NCBI GenBank assembly: GCA_018062965.1
Contig: JAGORG010000001.1
Span: 7,488-71,487, forward strand
Source of the DNA: Minisyncoccota bacterium
GTDB lineage: Bacteria > Patescibacteriota > Minisyncoccia > Phycocordibacterales > UBA5272
Reading direction: 5' to 3'
Length of the DNA stretch: 64,000 nucleotides
Shown here: one piece after another, positions 56,195-64,000 of the stretch
Position numbering within the stretch: the first letter of the stretch is position 1
Layout of the letters: every line of letters starts with the position of its first letter
Program-made: the position numbers and the translations under genes
The notes under the pieces: generated by a model
What the model was told of the DNA's origin: nothing
What the model saw: only the letters and a program-made list of their open reading frames with translations
Database searches by the model: none

Positions 56195-58005
56195 GATGAA
56201 GATTGTTCTAATTCCTTCTTCATTTCTTTTATTTGTAAAAGCTGTGATGGGTCAGATGTAATAATCTGATCCTCAGTGTACGAAGCAACTACCTTGATGG
56301 CTACGTGTTTAAGCCCCGCAAAGAATATCCCCTCACCTACACCAGACTCAAGAAGAAGAAACTTTTCTTCGTCTGTAAGATTGAATGTTTTTTGAACAAG
56401 ATCAATTGAAGAAGGAGATTGCTTTAGGAGCAACTGAATTGATGAGTTGGTGATAATAGGTAGTCCGTATGGAGACTTGAGAAAGTCCCCTACGTCTTGC
56501 GTAATCGTTGCAAGTCCTAGGTAATATTTTCGTCCGCGTTTTGCAAGTCCAAACAAAAATGATGCGGTGTCGTCGTTTTTCATCATAATCCACGCTTCGT
56601 CCACAACAAGAAGACGTTTTCGTATATCTTTACGAACAGCGTTCCAGATGTAGTGTGTGATGATATACATCGCAACAGGTTTTAGTTCATCTTCCATGTC
56701 GCGGATAGAGAAACACACAAGCTTTTTATTGATATCTACGTTTGATGGTTGATTAATAAAACCAGACCATGTTCCTTTTGTGTATTTTGCAAGACGGGCA
56801 AGTAGATCCCCTGACCCACCAATACCAGTCAGTACCATTTCAAAGTCAGAAAGAAGTGGTGGTTCAAGTTTTGTAAAATCAACATCTCCTGAAATGTCTT
56901 TGAGTGCGTATGTTTCAGTGATGGCCTGGTCGATAATAGCGTCTTCCTCAGGGGTGAGTCCTCCAAGCATCACACGGAAAAGTCCAACCAGGTTTACAAT
57001 GTTTGAACGAAGAACTTCAGAAGGAGATTCATCCTCTGTTGGTGCAGGTAAATCAAATGGGTTAATATGATGCTCGCTTGTGAGAGAAATATCAAAGTAT
57101 CGCCCCCCAACAGATTCTGCTAGATATTCGTATTCACGTTCTGGGTCGATAATAATAACCTCAGTATCAAACATAAGTGTACGCAAGATTTCTAGCTTTG
57201 TTGTATAGCTTTTACCAGAACCTGATTTTGCAAAGATGATTGAGTTGTAGTTTTCTAGTGAGAAACGATCAAAAAGGATGAGCGACCCATTGTGACGGTT
57301 AAGTCCATACAAAATACCTCTATCAGAAGAGAGGTCAAAAGAAACGAATGGGAAAAATGATGAAAGTGGAGAGGTGTTGAGTTTGTTTTTGATGAGCAGT
57401 CTGTCGTCTTGCAAAGGAATTACCGACAAAAAAGCATCTTCTTGTTGGAAAAGTGCTGGTTTTATATACACAAGACGGCTATCAAGTATGGTTTTTATTT
57501 CATTTTCAACCTTATCAAGTTCTTTTTCGTCGGATCCATAAATAGAAATATAGAGAGACACATCAAACATTTTTTCTTGGGCCTGGATAAGTCCATCACG
57601 CAAGTCTTCAAGGTCTTTGTAAGCAACATCAAGAGATGGGTCACGCACAAGACCTTTTTCTTCTCTTGCCATGATCTGACTTTCAACCTCAGCAACTTTT
57701 CTTTGAAAATCTTTCATCACCTTCCCTGTTTCAAGTGGTGAAATATGAATAGAAACATCAAACACCTTATCGAGGTTAATGATCGGGCTTAGCCAGTTAT
57801 CGGTAAGAAATCGTGGATATGAAATAACAAAAAACGAACGAACAATATTTGTTCCAAGGTTAAGAGCTTTCGGTGTTACCCCAAGCGCGCTTGGTGCAAT
57901 GATGTCTTTTAACTGCATTTCAGCAGCTTTGTACACCTGGTCCGGGAGAATAGGACGCACAGCAGCTTCTCCGTTATTTTTTTTGATGAAGTCAAATAGT
58001 CCCAT
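56191..58005 (-). CDS. VirB4/TrbE-like type IV secretion ATPase
   Basis: Walker A IIFAKSGSGKSYTTK, Walker B LLVVDEAWIMM. Confidence 0.75.
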   Translation of the reverse strand: MGLFDFIKKNNGEAAVRPILPDQVYKAAEMQLKDIIAPSALGVTPKALNLGTNIVRSFFVISYPRFLTDNWLSPIINLDKVFDVSIHISPLETGKVMKDFQRKVAEVESQIMAREEKGLVRDPSLDVAYKDLEDLRDGLIQAQEKMFDVSLYISIYGSDEKELDKVENEIKTILDSRLVYIKPALFQQEDAFLSVIPLQDDRLLIKNKLNTSPLSSFFPFVSFDLSSDRGILYGLNRHNGSLILFDRFSLENYNSIIFAKSGSGKSYTTKLEILRTLMFDTEVIIIDPEREYEYLAESVGGRYFDISLTSEHHINPFDLPAPTEDESPSEVLRSNIVNLVGLFRVMLGGLTPEEDAIIDQAITETYALKDISGDVDFTKLEPPLLSDFEMVLTGIGGSGDLLARLAKYTKGTWSGFINQPSNVDINKKLVCFSIRDMEDELKPVAMYIITHYIWNAVRKDIRKRLLVVDEAWIMMKNDDTASFLFGLAKRGRKYYLGLATITQDVGDFLKSPYGLPIITNSSIQLLLKQSPSSIDLVQKTFNLTDEEKFLLLESGVGEGIFFAGLKHVAIKVVASYTEDQIITSDPSQLLQIKEMKKELEQSSS

Positions 58006-58007
58006 GG

Positions 58008-58649
58008 TTATAATTGTGAAGCCTGCTCCTCAGATAGTGGCACACCACGATCTTGTTCGCCTGGATTAAATAGTTTATAGAAAAGCTCAACAACCTCTTC
58101 TGTCCCAAGTTTTTGAGCACGCAACCCGAAACGCATCAGTCCTTGTGTTACGCTTGCAACACGTTGTTCCAGTTGTGTGCGAGCTGTCTCAAAACCAACA
58201 GTATCTTCTTGTTTGTTGTTATTAAATGAAAGCAACCCACCTGTTCCCCCAGCTGCTGCTCCTGGTGGAAGGTACGGTATCACAATAAAGAAATGCTTTG
58301 TCATAATATTGGTCTCGTCAGTGAACTTTTTGATGAACCCCATGTATTCTTTGATTTGAATCTTAAGCAAATCTTCTTCTACTTCGCCGCTTCTGGATTC
58401 CAACAGGTTCATGTATGGCTTTATGTTCAACCTGCGAGATTGAATAAAAAGTTGCACAGGAAATTCAAGCCCATTTAGAAGTGACTGAAATTGCATAATA
58501 ATAGCTTGCTGCTCATCACTGCTTTTTAGTGAAAGGTTAAGAGATGATGTAATCAAAACAGCGCGCAGTTCGCCATTTTTGAGCGTAACAATCCCATCAC
58601 GAATATGCTCTATAGGAACAAATTGCTGTGTTGCAGACGTGGATGCCAT
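58008..58649 (-). CDS. hypothetical protein (213 aa) in T4SS-like cluster
   Basis: ORF. Confidence 0.4.
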   Translation of the reverse strand: MASTSATQQFVPIEHIRDGIVTLKNGELRAVLITSSLNLSLKSSDEQQAIIMQFQSLLNGLEFPVQLFIQSRRLNIKPYMNLLESRSGEVEEDLLKIQIKEYMGFIKKFTDETNIMTKHFFIVIPYLPPGAAAGGTGGLLSFNNNKQEDTVGFETARTQLEQRVASVTQGLMRFGLRAQKLGTEEVVELFYKLFNPGEQDRGVPLSEEQASQL

Positions 58650-58689
58650 AGATAGTATCCAGTATAGCGCATATTATCTGTGTATCGTG

Positions 58690-59115
58690 TTATTCCTGTG
58701 GGTTACGGTCAAGCACATCAAGTCCAAGAGCTATGTCGTGCAGTTTTCCAGAGTTAGCTTTTTCAAGCATGGCCTGTTTTTGAGATGTTGCGATGATGTC
58801 ATCAACATGAGTCTGCTCCTTGTTGTCATTTTTTGTAGGTTGCTTCCATGTGTAAACCTTGTTTCCTGTGTAGTATTTGAAAGCACTCTCAAGTACATCA
58901 ATGAATGGCCGCTCGTTTACTTTCCAAAAAGCAAGAGCAATAAAAAGCCCTGCAACTGGTATGATAAGCATCATCGCAATTAGTTTTGAGCCAATCAGTG
59001 TCCAAATAAGAAACGAAAACCCCCCTGCTCCAACTAGGTAAGCAAACTGCTTAAGCGTAAAAGGACCAAAAATCTTGTCCTCCATGTCAATAAATTGTGG
59101 AACGCGGAATTGCAT
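58690..59115 (-). CDS. small 3-TM membrane protein, VirB3/PrgI-like
   Basis: EDKIFGPFTLKQFAYLVGAGG then two TM helices; immediately upstream of VirB4-like gene. Confidence 0.5.
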   Translation of the reverse strand: MQFRVPQFIDMEDKIFGPFTLKQFAYLVGAGGFSFLIWTLIGSKLIAMMLIIPVAGLFIALAFWKVNERPFIDVLESAFKYYTGNKVYTWKQPTKNDNKEQTHVDDIIATSQKQAMLEKANSGKLHDIALGLDVLDRNPQE

Positions 59116-59147
59116 ATAGAATAAGTATATCAGAATCCAAGTGATTA

Positions 59148-59873
59148 CTAAGCAATTTCCCTGTATGGGTCAATATTGTATTTTGTAGGAGCTTTGCTGT
59201 ATGTAGCTGCTTGAGGCGCTGGTTCAACAGGTACTTCTCCGCCGTGGGTAAGGTTCTGCTCAGCGCTTGGCGTAACAGAGGGCGTTTCTTCTTTTGGTTC
59301 CATGGACCGCAACTGTTCTTGAATATGCGCAAGGCGTGCTTGTATTTCGTCATCGTCTGGTATGTTTCCTAAAACATCGAGTTGCTCCATGAGTTGCGAG
59401 CGAGAGCCGAGTGTGATTACTTTTGCGGGACGAGGAGTGTTGGGTGTTACTGGGGATACATCGATTGCTGATTCTCGTTTTGTTGTGTCCAAGATTTCTT
59501 TACGCAACTCCTCAGGATGGGGATCATTTCCTAGGGTGATTGTTTTTATTTCTCCAACTGCTTCACCAAGTATTTTGATACGTGCTTTTTGAAAGATGCT
59601 TTTATCTAAATCTTCTGCGAGCTTTGTCGCTTGTTCATGTGATATGCCAAGGGATGTTTCTAAAACATCAACAGCGTGAGATGGATCAATAGCCCCAAGA
59701 AGAATAAGGGTAATGGTATTTTTAAGTGGAAGATACTTTGGTATGGGGAGATTGTAGAGTTTCCCCAGTGTTGCCGCAGATTTGTTCACTTCATCTCCTG
59801 CGAGAATTTCTTGTACAGCAGGAGATGTTTTTGCTATCAGTTCTTGAATTGTGTTTTGGTTTATATCACTCAT
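59148..59873 (-). CDS. hypothetical protein (241 aa)
   Basis: ORF. Confidence 0.4.
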   Translation of the reverse strand: MSDINQNTIQELIAKTSPAVQEILAGDEVNKSAATLGKLYNLPIPKYLPLKNTITLILLGAIDPSHAVDVLETSLGISHEQATKLAEDLDKSIFQKARIKILGEAVGEIKTITLGNDPHPEELRKEILDTTKRESAIDVSPVTPNTPRPAKVITLGSRSQLMEQLDVLGNIPDDDEIQARLAHIQEQLRSMEPKEETPSVTPSAEQNLTHGGEVPVEPAPQAATYSKAPTKYNIDPYREIA

Positions 59874-59882
59874 AGAGATAGT

Positions 59883-62849
59883 TTATGCACGCTTACCACC
59901 TTGCATAGCCATTTTAACAAAGTCGTGTATATCTTGAGGGGTGTTTACTTGTTGAGAGTATGAAGCAACACGTGCATCCGCTTGATCGTTACTTTCTATG
60001 TTAAGGGTTACTTTTGGTCTGATGTTTGCATCAAGATCAAAATCAATCGTATGCTTATCTCGCTCCTCTTGTTGGGTATAAGCGGTCTCTCGAGCGGCTT
60101 CAACGGCTTCATTTATGAAGTTTTGTGTTTGTACTCGAGCGTTTGCCTGAGTATTTGTTTCTAGTTTAAAAGGTAAATCGGCTTCCTGAGTTAAATCAAC
60201 GTCCATCTTACCTTTTTGTAGATCAAGGTTACTCTTCAGGTCTTTTCCTGTTGTTGCGACGTTATATGCTGAACGCAGATCAGAGCGTAGCTTCTTAAGT
60301 GTTTCGACATTCTGTTGCTTCTTTGATGCTATATTTCGGCGAGCTTGATCATAAACCTTCTTTTCTTCATCAGTGGTTCTAGCCATCAGTTCTAGTTCCC
60401 CTTCTAGTTTTTCAATTTCTTTCTTCTGATCTTCAGCAACTTCTTTGAATGGGTCTTTATTGATAAGCTCAAGAGCCATGTCAGAGTTGTCTAACTTCAT
60501 AAGGGAAGCAACCTTCTTTTGAAGTGTATCCTGAGTGAGGTTCCCGCTCTGGTCTCGTGTGACTGGTGTTGCTGTGTATTGATCTGCAACTTTATACTTT
60601 TCCTTAAGAACATAATCATCCCCCGCCTCTTCAATGAGTTTTGTTCGAGCCTTTTGATCTGCTTCAGCATAGTTAGCGACTTTTGCATTGCGGGTGTCTT
60701 GTCGTTCACGTTCGCGAGAGCCGAGCTGTTCAGCAATGAGGTCTCCATCAGTTTTTAAACCATATTTATTTTTTACAGAATCACGCACATTTGCATATCT
60801 GTTTGCATACTCAGATACGGTTGGGTTTGTTGATGCACGTAGTCTATCTTCAACACCACCAAGCACTCCTCGTTTTACTTTGTCGATGTATTTTGCGCGT
60901 GTTGCATCATCTTGTATACCGTCTGCACGAGCTTTTGTTTTTTCAGCTCTATCTTTAAATGCTTGATCGTATGTTTTCAAACCTTTACCCATGTTAGTAA
61001 AGCCAATTTTACCAGCGTTGTTTTGAACAAGGGCTGTATTACGAGCATCAAATGAGCTGTTTTGAAGAGAAAGGAGGCTGTCTTTTACACGGTTTCCGAC
61101 CCAGGTGTTCTGCATTCTGTCCACAGCACCACTACGAGCCAATCGCGCAGCTCCAGCACCAAGCGTTGATCGAGCGAGTAATCCAGCTCCACCCATAGCA
61201 ACCCCTCCTGCAAAACCACCAACCATACCAACACCTTTTGTTGCAAACTCACCAACTGCCCCAGAAACTTCTTTTGTCACTTTGAGCATGATATGTAGCA
61301 TGATAAGCATCATGAGTACGTTTGCTATCTGAGACACCCCACTTAGGTTTGCTACGCTACCAACAGCGTTTCTGCTTATGGCACCACCCTGCCCAAAAAT
61401 AAGTGTCATTTGAATAGACAAATAGAGCATAACCATAAACACAACAGACACAGCGAGCTGACTAAAGAATATACCACGCAGCTGTTGTGCTCGTTCACCA
61501 AGTTTTGGAATCATGACATCCACTAAAAGAAGTGGTGAAAAAATAATAATAAACGAGAGTGCAAGTGTGCGCATCATGAGTATTCCGGAAGCCATCAAAA
61601 AGATATATGCAGCATAGAGAACATATCCTACAACCAAAAGCGCAGCGGGCCAGGTGGTGATAGAGCTAAGTATGCTGATAGGTCTACCCTCAGCATCTTT
61701 TTTGTCAGTATTTGTATTTGTTGCAGAAATAACCAAATCCTGGAGACCAAGCTGTCCCATAATAATAGCGCCTGCGCTATTATTAATATTTTGACCAGAT
61801 AACACATTTGTTACTGTATCGTTCACTGCACTTGCATAGATATTGAGCGAAATAATATTTGAAACATCAATCGCTGCTCGTGTGAGTGGATATGAAAAGT
61901 TCACAAAGAGTGCAAATACAACTACCCATGGCAAGTACTTTTTAAAGGTATCTTGTTTGTTGATGATATACATGAAACCAAGATATAGTCCCGAGAACAC
62001 AACAAACATAGAAATTATCTGCCGTATGAGTTGCCATAGTGGGTAAAACGCAGGCGGAGCCCATGTACTGAACTCAAGAATACCGTAGACGACAATATAG
62101 TTGAGAAGGTTTGTAGATAGCCACAACAAAAACCCCGCAAACTGGAGAAGGGTGTTTTTGATAATGTATGTTACAAAAACATCAACACAACTAACAAGGC
62201 TAAATTGCCAAATCTGACACTTATCAGGGTTAGCGATTCGTTGAGCAGCTTCTGTTCCTGCGGTTGTTATTGGAGTTGCACTAGTAAGACGAGAGAGGTC
62301 ATTTGCTCCAACGTTGTTACCTTCTCGTTCCATTGTTTCTGCAGCTCGTACAAGACTATTTGGACCTGTAAGTTTTAGCAAAAAAGCATTTGTAACACCG
62401 GTCATATCAGCAGGTGCTCCAGAGTTTACGTTTGCATTACGAAAAGAAACATCTGCTGCTGTGATTGCACGCACTTGTGCTTGAGTCGGACTAACCCCTG
62501 TCGCGCGGAGATCGTTAAAGGTTTTTGTGTATAGAGCTTTTGCCGTAGTAACTGCCTGTTGAGCTTTTACAACAGACGCAAGTTCACCTTCAAACTTTTC
62601 TGTTCCTGATGTTGCACGCTGTTTGTACGCATTTTCGATACCTGTAAGACTAGCTGTTGTCGCATCAAAAACTGTAATAGCTGATTGGAAAAGTGTTGTT
62701 ATGGTTGCCTCCTGTTTATCTATGATTCTATCTATTCCTTGTGCAAAGGCAACTTGTTGAGGTGCGAGAAACAAGAAGATGGATAGAAAGATACTACTAC
62801 ATACAGCAAGCTTTCGAAGGCTATTCATAGTGCTCAGTGTATCATGCAC
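59883..62849 (-). CDS. 988-aa polytopic membrane protein, VirB6/TrbL-like channel component with long charged coiled-coil C-terminal tail
   Basis: signal + about 8 TM helices in residues 200-560; KR/DE-rich tail. Confidence 0.5.
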   Translation of the reverse strand: MHDTLSTMNSLRKLAVCSSIFLSIFLFLAPQQVAFAQGIDRIIDKQEATITTLFQSAITVFDATTASLTGIENAYKQRATSGTEKFEGELASVVKAQQAVTTAKALYTKTFNDLRATGVSPTQAQVRAITAADVSFRNANVNSGAPADMTGVTNAFLLKLTGPNSLVRAAETMEREGNNVGANDLSRLTSATPITTAGTEAAQRIANPDKCQIWQFSLVSCVDVFVTYIIKNTLLQFAGFLLWLSTNLLNYIVVYGILEFSTWAPPAFYPLWQLIRQIISMFVVFSGLYLGFMYIINKQDTFKKYLPWVVVFALFVNFSYPLTRAAIDVSNIISLNIYASAVNDTVTNVLSGQNINNSAGAIIMGQLGLQDLVISATNTNTDKKDAEGRPISILSSITTWPAALLVVGYVLYAAYIFLMASGILMMRTLALSFIIIFSPLLLVDVMIPKLGERAQQLRGIFFSQLAVSVVFMVMLYLSIQMTLIFGQGGAISRNAVGSVANLSGVSQIANVLMMLIMLHIMLKVTKEVSGAVGEFATKGVGMVGGFAGGVAMGGAGLLARSTLGAGAARLARSGAVDRMQNTWVGNRVKDSLLSLQNSSFDARNTALVQNNAGKIGFTNMGKGLKTYDQAFKDRAEKTKARADGIQDDATRAKYIDKVKRGVLGGVEDRLRASTNPTVSEYANRYANVRDSVKNKYGLKTDGDLIAEQLGSRERERQDTRNAKVANYAEADQKARTKLIEEAGDDYVLKEKYKVADQYTATPVTRDQSGNLTQDTLQKKVASLMKLDNSDMALELINKDPFKEVAEDQKKEIEKLEGELELMARTTDEEKKVYDQARRNIASKKQQNVETLKKLRSDLRSAYNVATTGKDLKSNLDLQKGKMDVDLTQEADLPFKLETNTQANARVQTQNFINEAVEAARETAYTQQEERDKHTIDFDLDANIRPKVTLNIESNDQADARVASYSQQVNTPQDIHDFVKMAMQGGKRA

Positions 62850-62906
62850 AAACCCTCTTTCTTGTGAGAAAGAGGGTTTGATTGTTGGTATGATTTCTTT
62901 TGCTTT

Positions 62907-63971
62907 TTAAGCACCAGCTCCTCCAAAGTCTTGGGTTTCTAACTGTCCGCGTATCGCTGCGCAGTCTGCTTTGTAGATAAATATTGTACCCCCTTCAGAA
63001 AGGCTTTGCTGTACATTTCCTTTAAATGAAACATATTCGCCGTCACGTATTGCAGCGGAGGTTTGGTTAGGTAAAGCTTCCGCATCTATTCTGTTCTGAT
63101 AATCTCTAAATAGGTTCAAAATAACCTCGCTTGAGTTAGATGTTTGGATCGCGTTGAGTGTCGTTGTGACAAGGGCTGTTGTTGTCGCAATAAGATTTAA
63201 CTCTTGTCCTATAGTTGTACGCAAGCGGTCATTTGTTGTACTTTCGTTTGAGTGGAAGCTAAAAGCAGCTGTAACACGAGCATCGGTTTCTATTTGTGGA
63301 TGATCTTTAACAAGTTTTTCGTAACATGCTTTCATCACGTTAAGTTGATTTTGGTAAAGAGTTATTTCGTTTAGATAGCTTTGGTCGGTGATCTGTAAAC
63401 TAGCAAGTGATTTTTGGTGAAAACTTAGCTGTTGTGCAGGAGGTCCGACAATGGTTTGTTTTCCAGAAGTGTTATTAGCTAAGTCGTTTACCGGCGGACG
63501 GCTCGTGACTACTGTTCCGGTGCCCCCTCTACTTCCACCTGTGATATTTCCAGCTGCTGTGCTGATACTTTGAAGTAGATTAATACTAGTGAATGCTGTA
63601 CTGATAAGTGACCCAGCCCCTGGGCCAAGTGTTGAACGAAGGGTTTCTGCTGGAGACTTGAGAGCATCTTCTAGGAGTGTATTAAACATACGCCCTGTTT
63701 GTTGTACTTCTTCAACAAGACACGGTGGACTAGCTGTTTCTGCATATAGGTTACCGTTAATATCATTTTCAGCGTACTTAACACACGTTGTTAAGCTTTT
63801 TATACCGGCACCTAGGTCAAAATCTTTTACCACTTGTTCTCGCACAGCACTAGCTCCTTCGTTTACAGCGAGCTGGACGTTCATATTTCGTGTATATTCA
63901 TTATCCCCTCCTGTGATAGCGAGCCACGCATCCATGCCACCTGCATTTGGTCGAGCTTTTTGAAGCTCCAT
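62907..63971 (-). CDS. secreted/pilin-like hypothetical protein (N-terminus may lie beyond window end)
   Basis: ORF reaches within 30 nt of window edge. Confidence 0.35.
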   Translation of the reverse strand: MELQKARPNAGGMDAWLAITGGDNEYTRNMNVQLAVNEGASAVREQVVKDFDLGAGIKSLTTCVKYAENDINGNLYAETASPPCLVEEVQQTGRMFNTLLEDALKSPAETLRSTLGPGAGSLISTAFTSINLLQSISTAAGNITGGSRGGTGTVVTSRPPVNDLANNTSGKQTIVGPPAQQLSFHQKSLASLQITDQSYLNEITLYQNQLNVMKACYEKLVKDHPQIETDARVTAAFSFHSNESTTNDRLRTTIGQELNLIATTTALVTTTLNAIQTSNSSEVILNLFRDYQNRIDAEALPNQTSAAIRDGEYVSFKGNVQQSLSEGGTIFIYKADCAAIRGQLETQDFGGAGA

Positions 63972-64000
63972 GAGGGCTTGTGCGGTCTCTACACCCTCAT

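Noticed and set aside
1-64000. CRISPR arrays
   Set aside because: No run of 3 or more evenly spaced identical 24-40-nt repeats was seen anywhere in the window.

Overview
The window is a low-GC (about 38%) compact bacterial chromosome segment whose gene content looks like a CPR/Saccharibacteria-type organism. Housekeeping and structural loci:
- A replication-origin cluster dnaN-(AT-rich DnaA-box region)-dnaA-rpmH-rnpA-yidC.
- polA, tsaE, ruvA/ruvB/ruvC at three separate loci, a YqgF/RuvX-like resolvase, tyrS, PBP1A, a Mur ligase, mutM, a PilB/GspE ATPase, and a T4SS-like cluster (VirB4-like, VirB6-like, VirB3/PrgI-like, M15 peptidase).
- Seven tRNA genes: His, Leu, Val, Arg(TCT), Ser, Arg(GCG), Lys.
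Mobile and accessory features:
- Three paralogous large serine recombinases. Two have C-terminal codons that run into the 3' end of a tRNA gene on the opposite strand (tRNA-His, tRNA-Ser).
- An approximately 11-kb higher-GC element (xis-like HTH ... serine integrase) that carries a 1514-aa Upf1-like helicase/DUF559 nuclease fusion.
- Several short insertions of about 50% GC that encode small secreted proteins.
Most unusual observation:
- A conserved 65-nt hairpin-forming module lies downstream of two different tRNA genes (Arg-GCG and Lys-TTT). Each copy is flanked by an inverted and a direct copy of that tRNA's own 3' end.
- The core shows compensatory base changes between the two copies.
- This is a candidate tRNA-associated structured RNA or miniature mobile element.
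All calls come from reading the sequence. No database searches were run.
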